In this document: in pieces, positions 29,989 through 38,787 of the stretch | Numbering within the stretch: position 1 is the stretch's first letter | How the letters are laid out: the number at the start of each line of letters is the position of its first letter | Program-made: the position numbers and the translations under genes | Assembly (NCBI GenBank): GCA_044224215.1 | Contig: JBGAKX010000003.1 | Location: 329-64,328 of the forward strand | Length of the DNA: 64,000 nucleotides | Source: Blastocatellia bacterium | GTDB lineage: Bacteria; Acidobacteriota; Blastocatellia; UBA7656; JADIYM01 | Reading direction: 5' to 3' | The notes under the pieces: model-generated | The model's database searches: none | Told to the model about the DNA's origin: nothing | Seen by the model: only the letters and a program-made list of their open reading frames with translations

Positions 29989-32900
29989 ATGCGCGAGTGC
30001 GCGACCTGCAAACAACAGTTCCCCGATGACGTCGTCGTCTGCCCCGACGACGCCACGTCCCTTACCCCCGTCGGAGCCCTCGTCGGCCGAATCATCGACG
30101 GCCGGTACCGGATCGAGTCGCTGCTCGGGACCGGCGGGATGGGCTCCGTGTACCAGGCCACGCAGCTCAACCTCGACCGAACCGTCGCCGTAAAGATCAT
30201 CAACGCGGCGCTGGCCGATCCGGCGGCGTTTGACCGGTTCAAGCGCGAGGCCCTCGTCGTCGCGCACCTGCGCCACCCGAACATCGTGAGCGTCTACGAC
30301 TTTGGCGCGAGCGCGGACGTCGGCGCGTACATCGTGATGGAGTACCTGCCCGGCATGCCGCTCAATCGCGAGCTGAAGCGCCGGGGCCCGCTGCCCATTG
30401 ACGAGGCGGTCGAAATCGTGTGGCAGGCGTGCGACGCGCTCGCCGAAGCCCACGAAGCCGGCGTCATCCATCGCGACATCAAGCCTCAGAACATCATTCT
30501 CGAAGCCGCGCGGGACGGCGTTCGCGTCAAGGTGCTCGATTTCGGGATCGCAAAGCTCTGCGAGGGAGCCACCGCCGAAGGCGCGTCGCTGACCAAGTCG
30601 GGCGCATTCCTCGGCACGCCGACCTACATGGCTCCCGAACAGTGGTCGGGCGAGATGGCCGACGCGCGGCTCGACATCTACTCGCTGGGCTGCGTGCTCT
30701 ACGAGATGCTGGCCGGAAGACCGCCGTTCGTGCACGCCAGCACCGTCAAGCTGCTGCGGATGCATTCGGAACGCGCGCCCGTGCCGCCGAGCGTTCACCG
30801 TGCCGGCATCAGCGCGTCGCTCGACGCGGCCGTGCTCCGCTCCCTCGCAAAGGCGCCCGAGGATCGATTCCAGTCCGCCACCGAATTCGCGCGCGCACTC
30901 GAGCCGTCGACGACGTTCGACGCGGCGCCGCCGGACCTGCGCACATCGCGCGGTGTCTCGCGACCGACCATCTCTTCGAGCGGCTCGATGCGCCGCCAGC
31001 GCGCGCCGCTCGTCGGACGCGAATCCGAGATTGCGGAGCTCACTGCCCGGCTCGACGCCGCGTCCGCCGGCGAATGCCAGTTCGTGCTCGTCTCGGGCGA
31101 GGCGGGCGTCGGCAAGACACGCCTCGTCGACGAGCTCGAGGAGATCGCGCGCGACCGAGGCATCCGCTCGCTTCACGGCCGGTTCGCCGAGACCGATCAG
31201 GCCCTGTCGTACGACGGATTCTTTGAGGTGGTACGCGAGCATCTCCGGACGCGGACGGGCTCCGCTGGTGCGCTCAACGACGTCATGCCCGAGCTGCTGG
31301 CGCTGTTCCCGATGCTCGCCGAGTTGGACCACGGACGCACGCCTCCGACGCTTGCGCGCAATACGCTCGCGGAGCTCGATACGGCGCCCGCCGAAACGGG
31401 GACGCTCGTCTACGAGACACTCGCGACGACGTTGTCGCGGATCGCCGGCGGCCGTCCGCTCGCGATCCATTTTGAAGACTTCCACGCTGCGAACGTCTCG
31501 GTCGAAGCGCTGCAGTACGCGGTGCGGCGGCTCGTCACGGTTCCGGTGCTCATCGTCGCGACCTATCGCACGGAGGAGGTCGACAAGCGCCACCCGATCA
31601 CGCGTCTTCACGCCGCATTCCGCGGCGACCGGCGGTTTACCCATCTCGAGCTCGAACCACTCTCCGAGGGCGCGCATCGCGAGCTCGTCGAATCGTTTCT
31701 CGGCGGCGACGCCGACGCGGATCTCACTGCGCGACTGTTCCAGGTCAGCGAAGGCAATCCGTACTTTGCGATCGAGCTTGCGAGAGCACTGCTCGAGTCG
31801 GGCGATCTGACCGGCGATGGCGGTGAGTGGCACCTTTCGACGGGCGCGGGACTTCTCGCCGACGCGCTGCCTGCCACCGTGCAGGAAGCCGTTCGGCAGC
31901 GCATCGACGAGCTGCCCGAGCGCTCTCGCGACGTGCTCGCCAATGCATCCGTGATCGGCCGCGACTTTGACTATGCGGACCTCGAGGCGCTCGCCGGCGA
32001 CGTCGAAGAGACCGTCGACGCGCTCGTCGGCCACGGTCTGCTCGAGGAAGACCGGCGCTCGCGGGGCGATCGCCTGATCTTTTCGAGTGGCGTCGTGCGC
32101 GAAGTCGTCTACGCCTCGATTCCGAAACGAAAGCGCCGTGCGCTTCATCGCCGGCACGCGGAGAATCTCGAGCAGCGGTTCGACGGGCGGCTCGAGCGCG
32201 TACTGCCTGCGCTCGTGAGCCACTACGTGCAGGCCGACGTCGCGGACAAGGTATTCGGCTATGGCGTGCAGTTGGTGCGGCGGTCGCTCGACGCGCACGC
32301 CGCCGACGAGGCCCACCGCGTGGCGCATGCCGTGCTCGAATTCGCGCGCGAGGAAGGCGAGGTCGAGATCGAAGCGGAAGTGCGCGTGCTGCTCGGTGAC
32401 GCGCAGCGGATGCGCGGCAGTCTCGGCGCCGCGGTGCAGGAGTACGAAGCCGCGGTGAAGGGATTCGAACAGGTTGGGCGCAGCGAGTCCGCGCTCGACG
32501 CCATCGAGCGGGCGGCCGAATCCGCGTGGGAGGGCCGCCGCACGTCGCAGGCAAAGCGCTGGGTCGAGGCGGGAATCACCGCCGCGCGCGCCGCCAATGC
32601 GACCGATCGCCTGGCGCGGCTGCTGTCGCTTGGAGCGACGATCGCGAATCTCGGGGGCGAGCACGAACGCGCGCGTGCGTACTCGCAGGAAGCCGCGATC
32701 CTGCGGCCAACGGCGGAACCCGACGAGGATCCGGTGGCGCCCGGCGGGCGGATCGTCACCGCATTGACGGGCGAGCTGCGTGCGGCCGGCCCCGCCGAGC
32801 TCCGGTTCACGCACGAGTACGAGGTCATCGCGAACGCGTTCGAGCCGCTGCTGACGTGGGACTCGCGCGGCGCGATGGTCCCGTTGCTTGCCGTTGCTTG

Positions 32901-35691
32901 GGAGACGTACGAGTCCGGGCGTGAATTCGTGTTCACCCTGCGCGACGGCGTGTGGATGCACGACGGCAGCGAGATGACGGCCGACTCGGTGAAGTTCTCG
33001 TTCGAGCGCGCGGCGCGCGAATCGGGACGCTCGCTGCCCGCCGCGATCGCCGCGATCAAGGGCGTCGATGCGTTCGTCGAGGGCACGGCCGATGACATAG
33101 CCGGAGTGGACGCGATCTCGAGGTATGAGCTGCGCATCCGGCTCACGGAGCCGCTGCCGATCTATCCCGCGCTGCTCACGGACCCGCGAACGTCGATCGC
33201 GACAAACGCGGTCGACGGCCTTGCGTTGACAGCGGGCACGGGCCCGTTCGTTATTCGCTCGATCGAGCAACATTCTGCTCTGCTCGAGCGAAACGAGTCG
33301 TACTGGGGCGACGCCCCGCTCGTTGACGCGATCGAATTTCGTGTCGTGCCCAGGTCGTCGGATCGCGCCGCGGGCGTCCGGTCGGGCGAGTACGACCTCG
33401 TCGGCGGTCTCGAGCCGGACGACCTGGATGCGCTCCTTCAGACACGGCCCGTCCGGACGAGCTTTGTGGAAGCTCCGATCAAGAGCACGAACTTCCTGCT
33501 GTTCAATGCATCGAGCAAAGTTGCGAAGGCGCCGGGCTTTGCACGCGCTCTGACGGGCGTCGTGCGCGTGCACGACCTCGTCCGCGGCACGCTCGGACGA
33601 TTCGCGCAGCCGGCCGAGGGCCTGCTCCCGCCGGGAATCCTCGGCCACGATCCGGGCCGCCGGCGCGCGACGCTGGCCGTCGCCGACGCAGCCCAGATAC
33701 TGGCCTATGCGGGTCTGGGAAAGCAGGTGCGGTTGCGGGCTTCGATCTCGCCGTCCGTGCAGTCGCGCTACGGGCCGATGCTCGATGCGCTGTTTGCGGA
33801 GTGGGCGCCGCTCGGCATCGAGGTGTCGGTCGAGACGTCGACGCTTGCGGACCACGTCCGCAGCTTCGAGGAGGCCACGGACCTCGACTTCACGCTGCAG
33901 GAGTGGGAAGCCGACTACGACGACCCCGACACGTTCACGTACGCGCTGTTTCACTCGCAGGGTGGCTACTTTGCGCGCTACTACAGCTCGCCCGAGCTCG
34001 ATCAGCTGATCGACCAGGCGCGCGCCGAGCCCCGCGCCGTCACGCGCGAGGGAATCTACCGGCGGATCGAGGAGCACCTGCTCGACACCGGGCTCTTCCT
34101 GCCGCTCTTCCATCGCGTGGACTACCGTGTCGCGAGCGCGTCGGTCCGGCGGCTCTCGCTCGAGAGCGCGCCGCCGTTCGTCGGATATTCGCGGATTGGA
34201 AAAACGGCGGCCGCGACGTCGTCGACCGCCCGACCGGGACGCGTCACGCTGCACATTCCGCTGCCATCGGATTTCGACAGCATCGACCCTCGAGAGGTGA
34301 CGTCCGTCGCGGCGATCGAACCGTCGCTTGCCGTGTTTGAGACGCTCGTTCGCCCGAACGCCGAAGCGCACGTCGTGCCGTGGCTCGCATCCGATTTCAG
34401 GCTCGAGGACCGAGGTCGCCGGTACGCATTCCGTCTGCGCGATGACGTGCGCTTTCACGACGGCCGGCGGCTGACCGCGCGCGACGTGCGGTTCTCGTTC
34501 GAGCGGCTGTTGCGGAGTAAGGGCGACTACGATCAGCTGCTGTTCCCGGTGAAGGGCGCCGAACTCTATGCGGCCGGGAGGGCCGCCGAGCTCGAAGGGT
34601 TCCACATCCGGTCGGCGTCGGAATTCGAGATCGAGCTCGAGCGGCCCCTGTCGATCCTTCCCGCGCTGCTCACGTGCGGCGCCGCCGCGATCGTGCCCGA
34701 GGGGACGACACGCGCGTCCGGAACATGGCAGTCGGGCTGCGTCGGCACCGGACCGTTTCGCGTGGCATACGCGGGTTCGTCCGGCCGACTGGAACTCGAG
34801 GCGAACCCGTATTACTGGCGTCGCGGGTATCCGAGGAGCGAACGGCTCGCGTTTACAGCCGAAAACGACAGCTCCGCGCGGGCCGCTGCGTTTCGCGAGG
34901 GCCGCTACTCGGTCGGGTGGCTGCTTGCGCGCGCCGATGAGGACGCACTGCTGCACGAGCCCGAAATCGCGGCGCGCGGCCTGCGCGTGCCCGAGATCGC
35001 GACGACGATGCTCGTGCTCAACGCCAAGAAGGGGCCGCTCGCCGACGAGCTCACTCGCCGGCGGTTTGCGAGCGCGCTCGAGGTCGAGGCGTTTGTACGC
35101 CGCGTCGAGGGTCCCGGCGCGGTGACGGCGCACAGCCTGATCCCGCCTGGACTTCTCGGGCACGACCCGCAAACGGCCGCCGAGGTGCAGACCCTGTTCG
35201 AGGAAGCGAGCGCGCCCGTGAAGCTAACCGTGAGCCTGACGCCACCGCTCAGGACGGCGTGGGGCTCGGAGTTCGTTCGATGGCTCGCCGATCGTGGATT
35301 CAAGGCCCGGATCGTCACCGAGACGTATGCCGAGCACGAGGAGGCGGTTGGCGCCGGAGCCGTCGACGTCGCGGCGACCGGCTGGAATTTTGACTACCCC
35401 GATGCCGATTCGATCGTGTACGGGGCGTTGCACTCGTCGGGCCGGTTCGGGCGCGAATTCGTCGCGAGCGCCGAAATCGACCGGCTCGCGGACCTCGGAC
35501 GCACCGAGACGGACCCGGAGGCGCGTCGCGCGATCTACCGCGAGGTCGAGCAGATCGTCGCGCGACGTGCGCACGCGATCCCGCTCTACTACCAGCGGCG
35601 ATGGTTCTTCCCCGGACCGGCGGTCGACGGTGTCGAGCTGAACCTGTTCCAGCCGTACCTGTCGTACGAAAAGCTGTTCGTGCGGGAATAG
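29989..35691 (+). CDS. ~1900-aa Ser/Thr kinase + STAND/AAA ATPase + helical repeats + two family-5 solute-binding domains
   Basis: Kinase: GTGGMG, VAVK, HRDIKPQN, DFG, APE. ATPase: LVGRESE, GEAGVGKT, hhhEDFH, GNPYF. Two SBP5 signatures: FTLRDGVWMHDG...DSVKFSFER and FRLRDDVRFHDG...DVRFSFER. Confidence 0.88.
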   Translation: MRECATCKQQFPDDVVVCPDDATSLTPVGALVGRIIDGRYRIESLLGTGGMGSVYQATQLNLDRTVAVKIINAALADPAAFDRFKREALVVAHLRHPNIVSVYDFGASADVGAYIVMEYLPGMPLNRELKRRGPLPIDEAVEIVWQACDALAEAHEAGVIHRDIKPQNIILEAARDGVRVKVLDFGIAKLCEGATAEGASLTKSGAFLGTPTYMAPEQWSGEMADARLDIYSLGCVLYEMLAGRPPFVHASTVKLLRMHSERAPVPPSVHRAGISASLDAAVLRSLAKAPEDRFQSATEFARALEPSTTFDAAPPDLRTSRGVSRPTISSSGSMRRQRAPLVGRESEIAELTARLDAASAGECQFVLVSGEAGVGKTRLVDELEEIARDRGIRSLHGRFAETDQALSYDGFFEVVREHLRTRTGSAGALNDVMPELLALFPMLAELDHGRTPPTLARNTLAELDTAPAETGTLVYETLATTLSRIAGGRPLAIHFEDFHAANVSVEALQYAVRRLVTVPVLIVATYRTEEVDKRHPITRLHAAFRGDRRFTHLELEPLSEGAHRELVESFLGGDADADLTARLFQVSEGNPYFAIELARALLESGDLTGDGGEWHLSTGAGLLADALPATVQEAVRQRIDELPERSRDVLANASVIGRDFDYADLEALAGDVEETVDALVGHGLLEEDRRSRGDRLIFSSGVVREVVYASIPKRKRRALHRRHAENLEQRFDGRLERVLPALVSHYVQADVADKVFGYGVQLVRRSLDAHAADEAHRVAHAVLEFAREEGEVEIEAEVRVLLGDAQRMRGSLGAAVQEYEAAVKGFEQVGRSESALDAIERAAESAWEGRRTSQAKRWVEAGITAARAANATDRLARLLSLGATIANLGGEHERARAYSQEAAILRPTAEPDEDPVAPGGRIVTALTGELRAAGPAELRFTHEYEVIANAFEPLLTWDSRGAMVPLLAVAWETYESGREFVFTLRDGVWMHDGSEMTADSVKFSFERAARESGRSLPAAIAAIKGVDAFVEGTADDIAGVDAISRYELRIRLTEPLPIYPALLTDPRTSIATNAVDGLALTAGTGPFVIRSIEQHSALLERNESYWGDAPLVDAIEFRVVPRSSDRAAGVRSGEYDLVGGLEPDDLDALLQTRPVRTSFVEAPIKSTNFLLFNASSKVAKAPGFARALTGVVRVHDLVRGTLGRFAQPAEGLLPPGILGHDPGRRRATLAVADAAQILAYAGLGKQVRLRASISPSVQSRYGPMLDALFAEWAPLGIEVSVETSTLADHVRSFEEATDLDFTLQEWEADYDDPDTFTYALFHSQGGYFARYYSSPELDQLIDQARAEPRAVTREGIYRRIEEHLLDTGLFLPLFHRVDYRVASASVRRLSLESAPPFVGYSRIGKTAAATSSTARPGRVTLHIPLPSDFDSIDPREVTSVAAIEPSLAVFETLVRPNAEAHVVPWLASDFRLEDRGRRYAFRLRDDVRFHDGRRLTARDVRFSFERLLRSKGDYDQLLFPVKGAELYAAGRAAELEGFHIRSASEFEIELERPLSILPALLTCGAAAIVPEGTTRASGTWQSGCVGTGPFRVAYAGSSGRLELEANPYYWRRGYPRSERLAFTAENDSSARAAAFREGRYSVGWLLARADEDALLHEPEIAARGLRVPEIATTMLVLNAKKGPLADELTRRRFASALEVEAFVRRVEGPGAVTAHSLIPPGLLGHDPQTAAEVQTLFEEASAPVKLTVSLTPPLRTAWGSEFVRWLADRGFKARIVTETYAEHEEAVGAGAVDVAATGWNFDYPDADSIVYGALHSSGRFGREFVASAEIDRLADLGRTETDPEARRAIYREVEQIVARRAHAIPLYYQRRWFFPGPAVDGVELNLFQPYLSYEKLFVRE

Positions 35692-35693
35692 CG

Positions 35694-36029
35694 ATGGACA
35701 TCGAGGTACTGAGGGCGGTTGCGGAGATGCACGGGCGCGGCGAGCGCGTGGCGCTCGCGACGGTCGTGTCGACGCGCGGGTCGGTGCCGCGGCGTGCGGG
35801 ATCAAAGATGGCGGTGTCGGAGCACGGCCGCACGGTCGGGACCGTCGGCGGCGGGTGTGGAGAAGCCGACGTCGTGACGGCGATGTGGGAGACGCTGCGC
35901 GACGGCGAGTCGCGTGAGGTGCTCGTCGACTTGACCGAGGATCTCGAGGCCGGCGGCGAACTGACCGAGAGCCCAGCGATCTGCGGCGGAACGATGCGGG
36001 TCTTCGTCGAATTGCTTGCCGCAGATTAG
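35694..36029 (+). CDS. XdhC/CoxI N-terminal domain protein (split XdhC half)
   Basis: ALATVV.TRGS.PR.AGSKM, GTVGGGCGE, CGG.MRVFVE. Confidence 0.88.
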   Translation: MDIEVLRAVAEMHGRGERVALATVVSTRGSVPRRAGSKMAVSEHGRTVGTVGGGCGEADVVTAMWETLRDGESREVLVDLTEDLEAGGELTESPAICGGTMRVFVELLAAD

Positions 36030-36035
36030 CGCGAA

Positions 36036-37214
36036 TCAGCGCAAATCAGCGGCCCGGATCGTGTCCACGTCCTTGTCGCCGCGGCCCGACAGATTCACGA
36101 GGATGATCTGGTCAGGTGACATCTCCGGCGCACGGCGGATCACCTCGGCGATGGCGTGCGCGCTCTCGAGCGCGGGCAGAATCCCTTCGAGCCGCGCGAG
36201 CAGCCGAAACGCCTCGAGTGCCTCGGAATCCGAACACGCCAGGTATTCGACGCGGCCTTCGTCGTGCAGGAAGGCGTGTTCCGGACCGATCGCGCAATAG
36301 TCGAGCCCGGCAGATACCGAGTGCGTCAGTGCAATCTGCCCGTCGTCGTCCTGCAGCACGTAACTGTAGGTGCCCTGTACGACGCCGGGCCTGCCGCCGC
36401 GGAACCGCGCCGCATGCTCGCCCAGACCTTGGCCGCTTCCACCGGCCTCGACGCCGACCATCCGGACGTCGTCGTCGAGAAACGCGCGGAAGAGTCCGAT
36501 CGCGTTCGAACCGCCGCCGACACACGCAACGAGTACGTCCGGCAGGACGCCCTCGCGTTCGAGCATCTGGCCCCGGGCCTCGCGGCCGATGACGGACTGG
36601 AAGTCGCGGACCATCGTCGGGTACGGATGCGGACCGAGCGCCGAACCGAGCAGGTAGTACGTCGTCTCGACGTTCGTGACCCAGTCGCGCATCGCCTCGT
36701 TGATCGCGTCCTTGAGCGTCCTGCTGCCGGCCTCGACGCCGCATACCTCCGCGCCGAGCAGCTCCATCCGAAAAACGTTCAATGCCTGGCGGCGCATGTC
36801 CTCGGTGCCCATGTAGACGCGGCAATCGAGCCCGAGGAGCGCCGCAGCCGTCGCGGTCGCGACGCCGTGCTGACCGGCGCCAGTCTCGGCGATGATCCGG
36901 CGCTTGCCCATGCGCCGTGCGAGCAGGATCTGGCCGAGCGCGTTGTTGATCTTGTGCGCGCCCGTGTGCGCGAGGTCTTCGCGCTTGAGGAAGATCCGGG
37001 CGCCGCCAAGGTGTTCTGTCAGCCGCTGGGCGTAGAAGAGCGGCGTTGGACGGCCGACGAACTCCTTGAGGAGCAGGTCGAGCTCGTCGTGGAATCGGGG
37101 GTCGACGCGCGCCTGTTCGTAGGCGGTCTCGAGCTCTTCGAGCGGATGGACGAGCGTCTCGGGAACAAAGCGCCCGCCGTAGGGGCCGAACCTGCCTGGC
37201 GTTGCTGTCGTCAT
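36036..37214 (-). CDS. trpB: Tryptophan synthase beta chain
   Basis: [43 protein letters not shown]. Confidence 0.96.
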   Translation of the reverse strand: MTTATPGRFGPYGGRFVPETLVHPLEELETAYEQARVDPRFHDELDLLLKEFVGRPTPLFYAQRLTEHLGGARIFLKREDLAHTGAHKINNALGQILLARRMGKRRIIAETGAGQHGVATATAAALLGLDCRVYMGTEDMRRQALNVFRMELLGAEVCGVEAGSRTLKDAINEAMRDWVTNVETTYYLLGSALGPHPYPTMVRDFQSVIGREARGQMLEREGVLPDVLVACVGGGSNAIGLFRAFLDDDVRMVGVEAGGSGQGLGEHAARFRGGRPGVVQGTYSYVLQDDDGQIALTHSVSAGLDYCAIGPEHAFLHDEGRVEYLACSDSEALEAFRLLARLEGILPALESAHAIAEVIRRAPEMSPDQIILVNLSGRGDKDVDTIRAADLR

Positions 37215-37303
37215 GCGCGCGTGGACCATTGCCTTGCCGGACCACGGATTTGGCGTCTTTGCGTGAAACCAACGCAAAGACGCGAAGACGCAAAGACTGC
37301 TGG

Positions 37304-37987
37304 CTACGACCCCTCGAACCACTCCTGCATCTGGCCGGTCAGCGGGCCCGAATGTCCCGCCTCGACGCGGATCCGCTCGATCTCGTGCATGAACGCCCGC
37401 ATCAGCTGCTTGTCCTTCAGACCCGGTTTTGCCTCGACACCGCTCGTCACGTCCACGGCGTACGGCTTCACCATCTTCACGGCTGAGTGAACGTTCTCGG
37501 GCGTCAGGCCTCCCGCCAGGATTACCCGGGCGTATTGCTTGGCAGCCACTGCCCGGCTCCAGTCGAACAGCCGGCCCGTTCCGCCGTACGCATCCGGATC
37601 GAACGCGTCGAGCAGCACGGCCGACACTGGAAAGTCGCGCGCGTGCTCGGGATCGAACGCGTCCGATACGCGCAATGCCTTGATCACAGACCATTCGGCA
37701 AGACGTGCGCAGTACTCGGGCGATTCGCCGCCGTGGAGCTGGAGCACGTTGAGCGAACACAGCCGCGCCGTGTTCTTGACCGACTCGATGTCGTACTCGT
37801 TCACGAACACGCCGACCTTTACGGCAAACGGCGGCAGCTTGCGGATGATGTCGCGCGCAACCGACGGCGCAACGTGCCGCGAGCTCTTGTCGTAGAAGAT
37901 GAACCCGACGGCGTCCGCACCGAGGTCGAGGGCAAACGCGGCGTCCTCGTACGAGGTATTCCCGCAGATCTTTACTCTGACGGCCAT
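37304..37987 (-). CDS. trpF: Phosphoribosylanthranilate isomerase
   Basis: VKICG, QLHG.E, GGTG..FDW, LAGGL, VDV.SGVE. Confidence 0.95.
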   Translation of the reverse strand: MAVRVKICGNTSYEDAAFALDLGADAVGFIFYDKSSRHVAPSVARDIIRKLPPFAVKVGVFVNEYDIESVKNTARLCSLNVLQLHGGESPEYCARLAEWSVIKALRVSDAFDPEHARDFPVSAVLLDAFDPDAYGGTGRLFDWSRAVAAKQYARVILAGGLTPENVHSAVKMVKPYAVDVTSGVEAKPGLKDKQLMRAFMHEIERIRVEAGHSGPLTGQMQEWFEGS

Positions 37988-38004
37988 GGGAGTCTTCTCA
38001 ACAG

Positions 38005-38787
38005 TCAGGCGACGAGGTCGCGCAATGCCTGACCAGGGGCGGTCGCGCGCATCAGGTGCTCGCCGATCAGAAACGCGGAGTAACCGGCCGATCGCAACCG
38101 GTCGATCGTATCGCGCGAATCGATGCCGCTCTCGGCGACGAGCACGGCGGAACTCGGGGCCATACGTGCAATGTCGTACGACGTGGACACATCGACCTCG
38201 AAGGTCTTTAGATTTCGGTTGTTGACACCGATGAGGGCGTGGTCGAAGTGTAGCACGGTCTCCATTTCAACGGGAGTGTGGACCTCGACGAGCACGTCGA
38301 GGTTCAGCGCCGCCGCTTCGCCCAGCAGGTCGCCGAGCTGCGCACGGTCGAGCGCGGCCACGATCAGCAGCACCGCGTCGGCGCCGGCATCGACGGCCTC
38401 GAGCAGCTGGTAGCGGTCGAAGATGAAGTCCTTGCGCAGCAGAGGCGTCGTGACCGCCGTCCGTATCGCTCGCAACGTATCGAGCGATCCCTGAAAGTGG
38501 TCCTCTTCGGTCAGTACCGAGATCGCCGCCGCGTGCGCCGAGTACGCGCGCGCGACGTCGACCGGGTCGAGATCCGAACGGATCACGCCGCGCGACGGCG
38601 ACGCGCGCTTGACCTCGGCGATCACGTTGATCCTGTCGGGTAGGGCGAGCGAGCCGGCGAACCGGCGTTTGGGACGCCGCGAAACTCGCCGCTCGAGCTC
38701 GTCCGCCGGCAGCGCCCGCTTTGCCGCCGCCAACCGTTCAGCCTTTCGTTCGAGAATCCGCGAAAGGATGTCCGGCCGGTCGCTCAT
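38005..38787 (-). CDS. trpC: Indole-3-glycerol phosphate synthase
   Basis: IAEVKRASPSRG, LRKDFI, EVH, GVNNRNL, ESGI. Confidence 0.95.
   Translation of the reverse strand: MSDRPDILSRILERKAERLAAAKRALPADELERRVSRRPKRRFAGSLALPDRINVIAEVKRASPSRGVIRSDLDPVDVARAYSAHAAAISVLTEEDHFQGSLDTLRAIRTAVTTPLLRKDFIFDRYQLLEAVDAGADAVLLIVAALDRAQLGDLLGEAAALNLDVLVEVHTPVEMETVLHFDHALIGVNNRNLKTFEVDVSTSYDIARMAPSSAVLVAESGIDSRDTIDRLRSAGYSAFLIGEHLMRATAPGQALRDLVA

Noticed and set aside
29872-35172. 1766-aa minus-strand ORF and many other long antisense ORFs
   Set aside because: Shadow frames of real high-GC genes: Arg/Ala-rich with no recognisable motifs.
29989-35691. Giant STAND protein as an Avs-type antiphage system
   Set aside because: The sensor region is solute-binding domains and the context is metabolic, with no defence genes nearby. 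Signalling is favoured, though defence is not strictly excluded.
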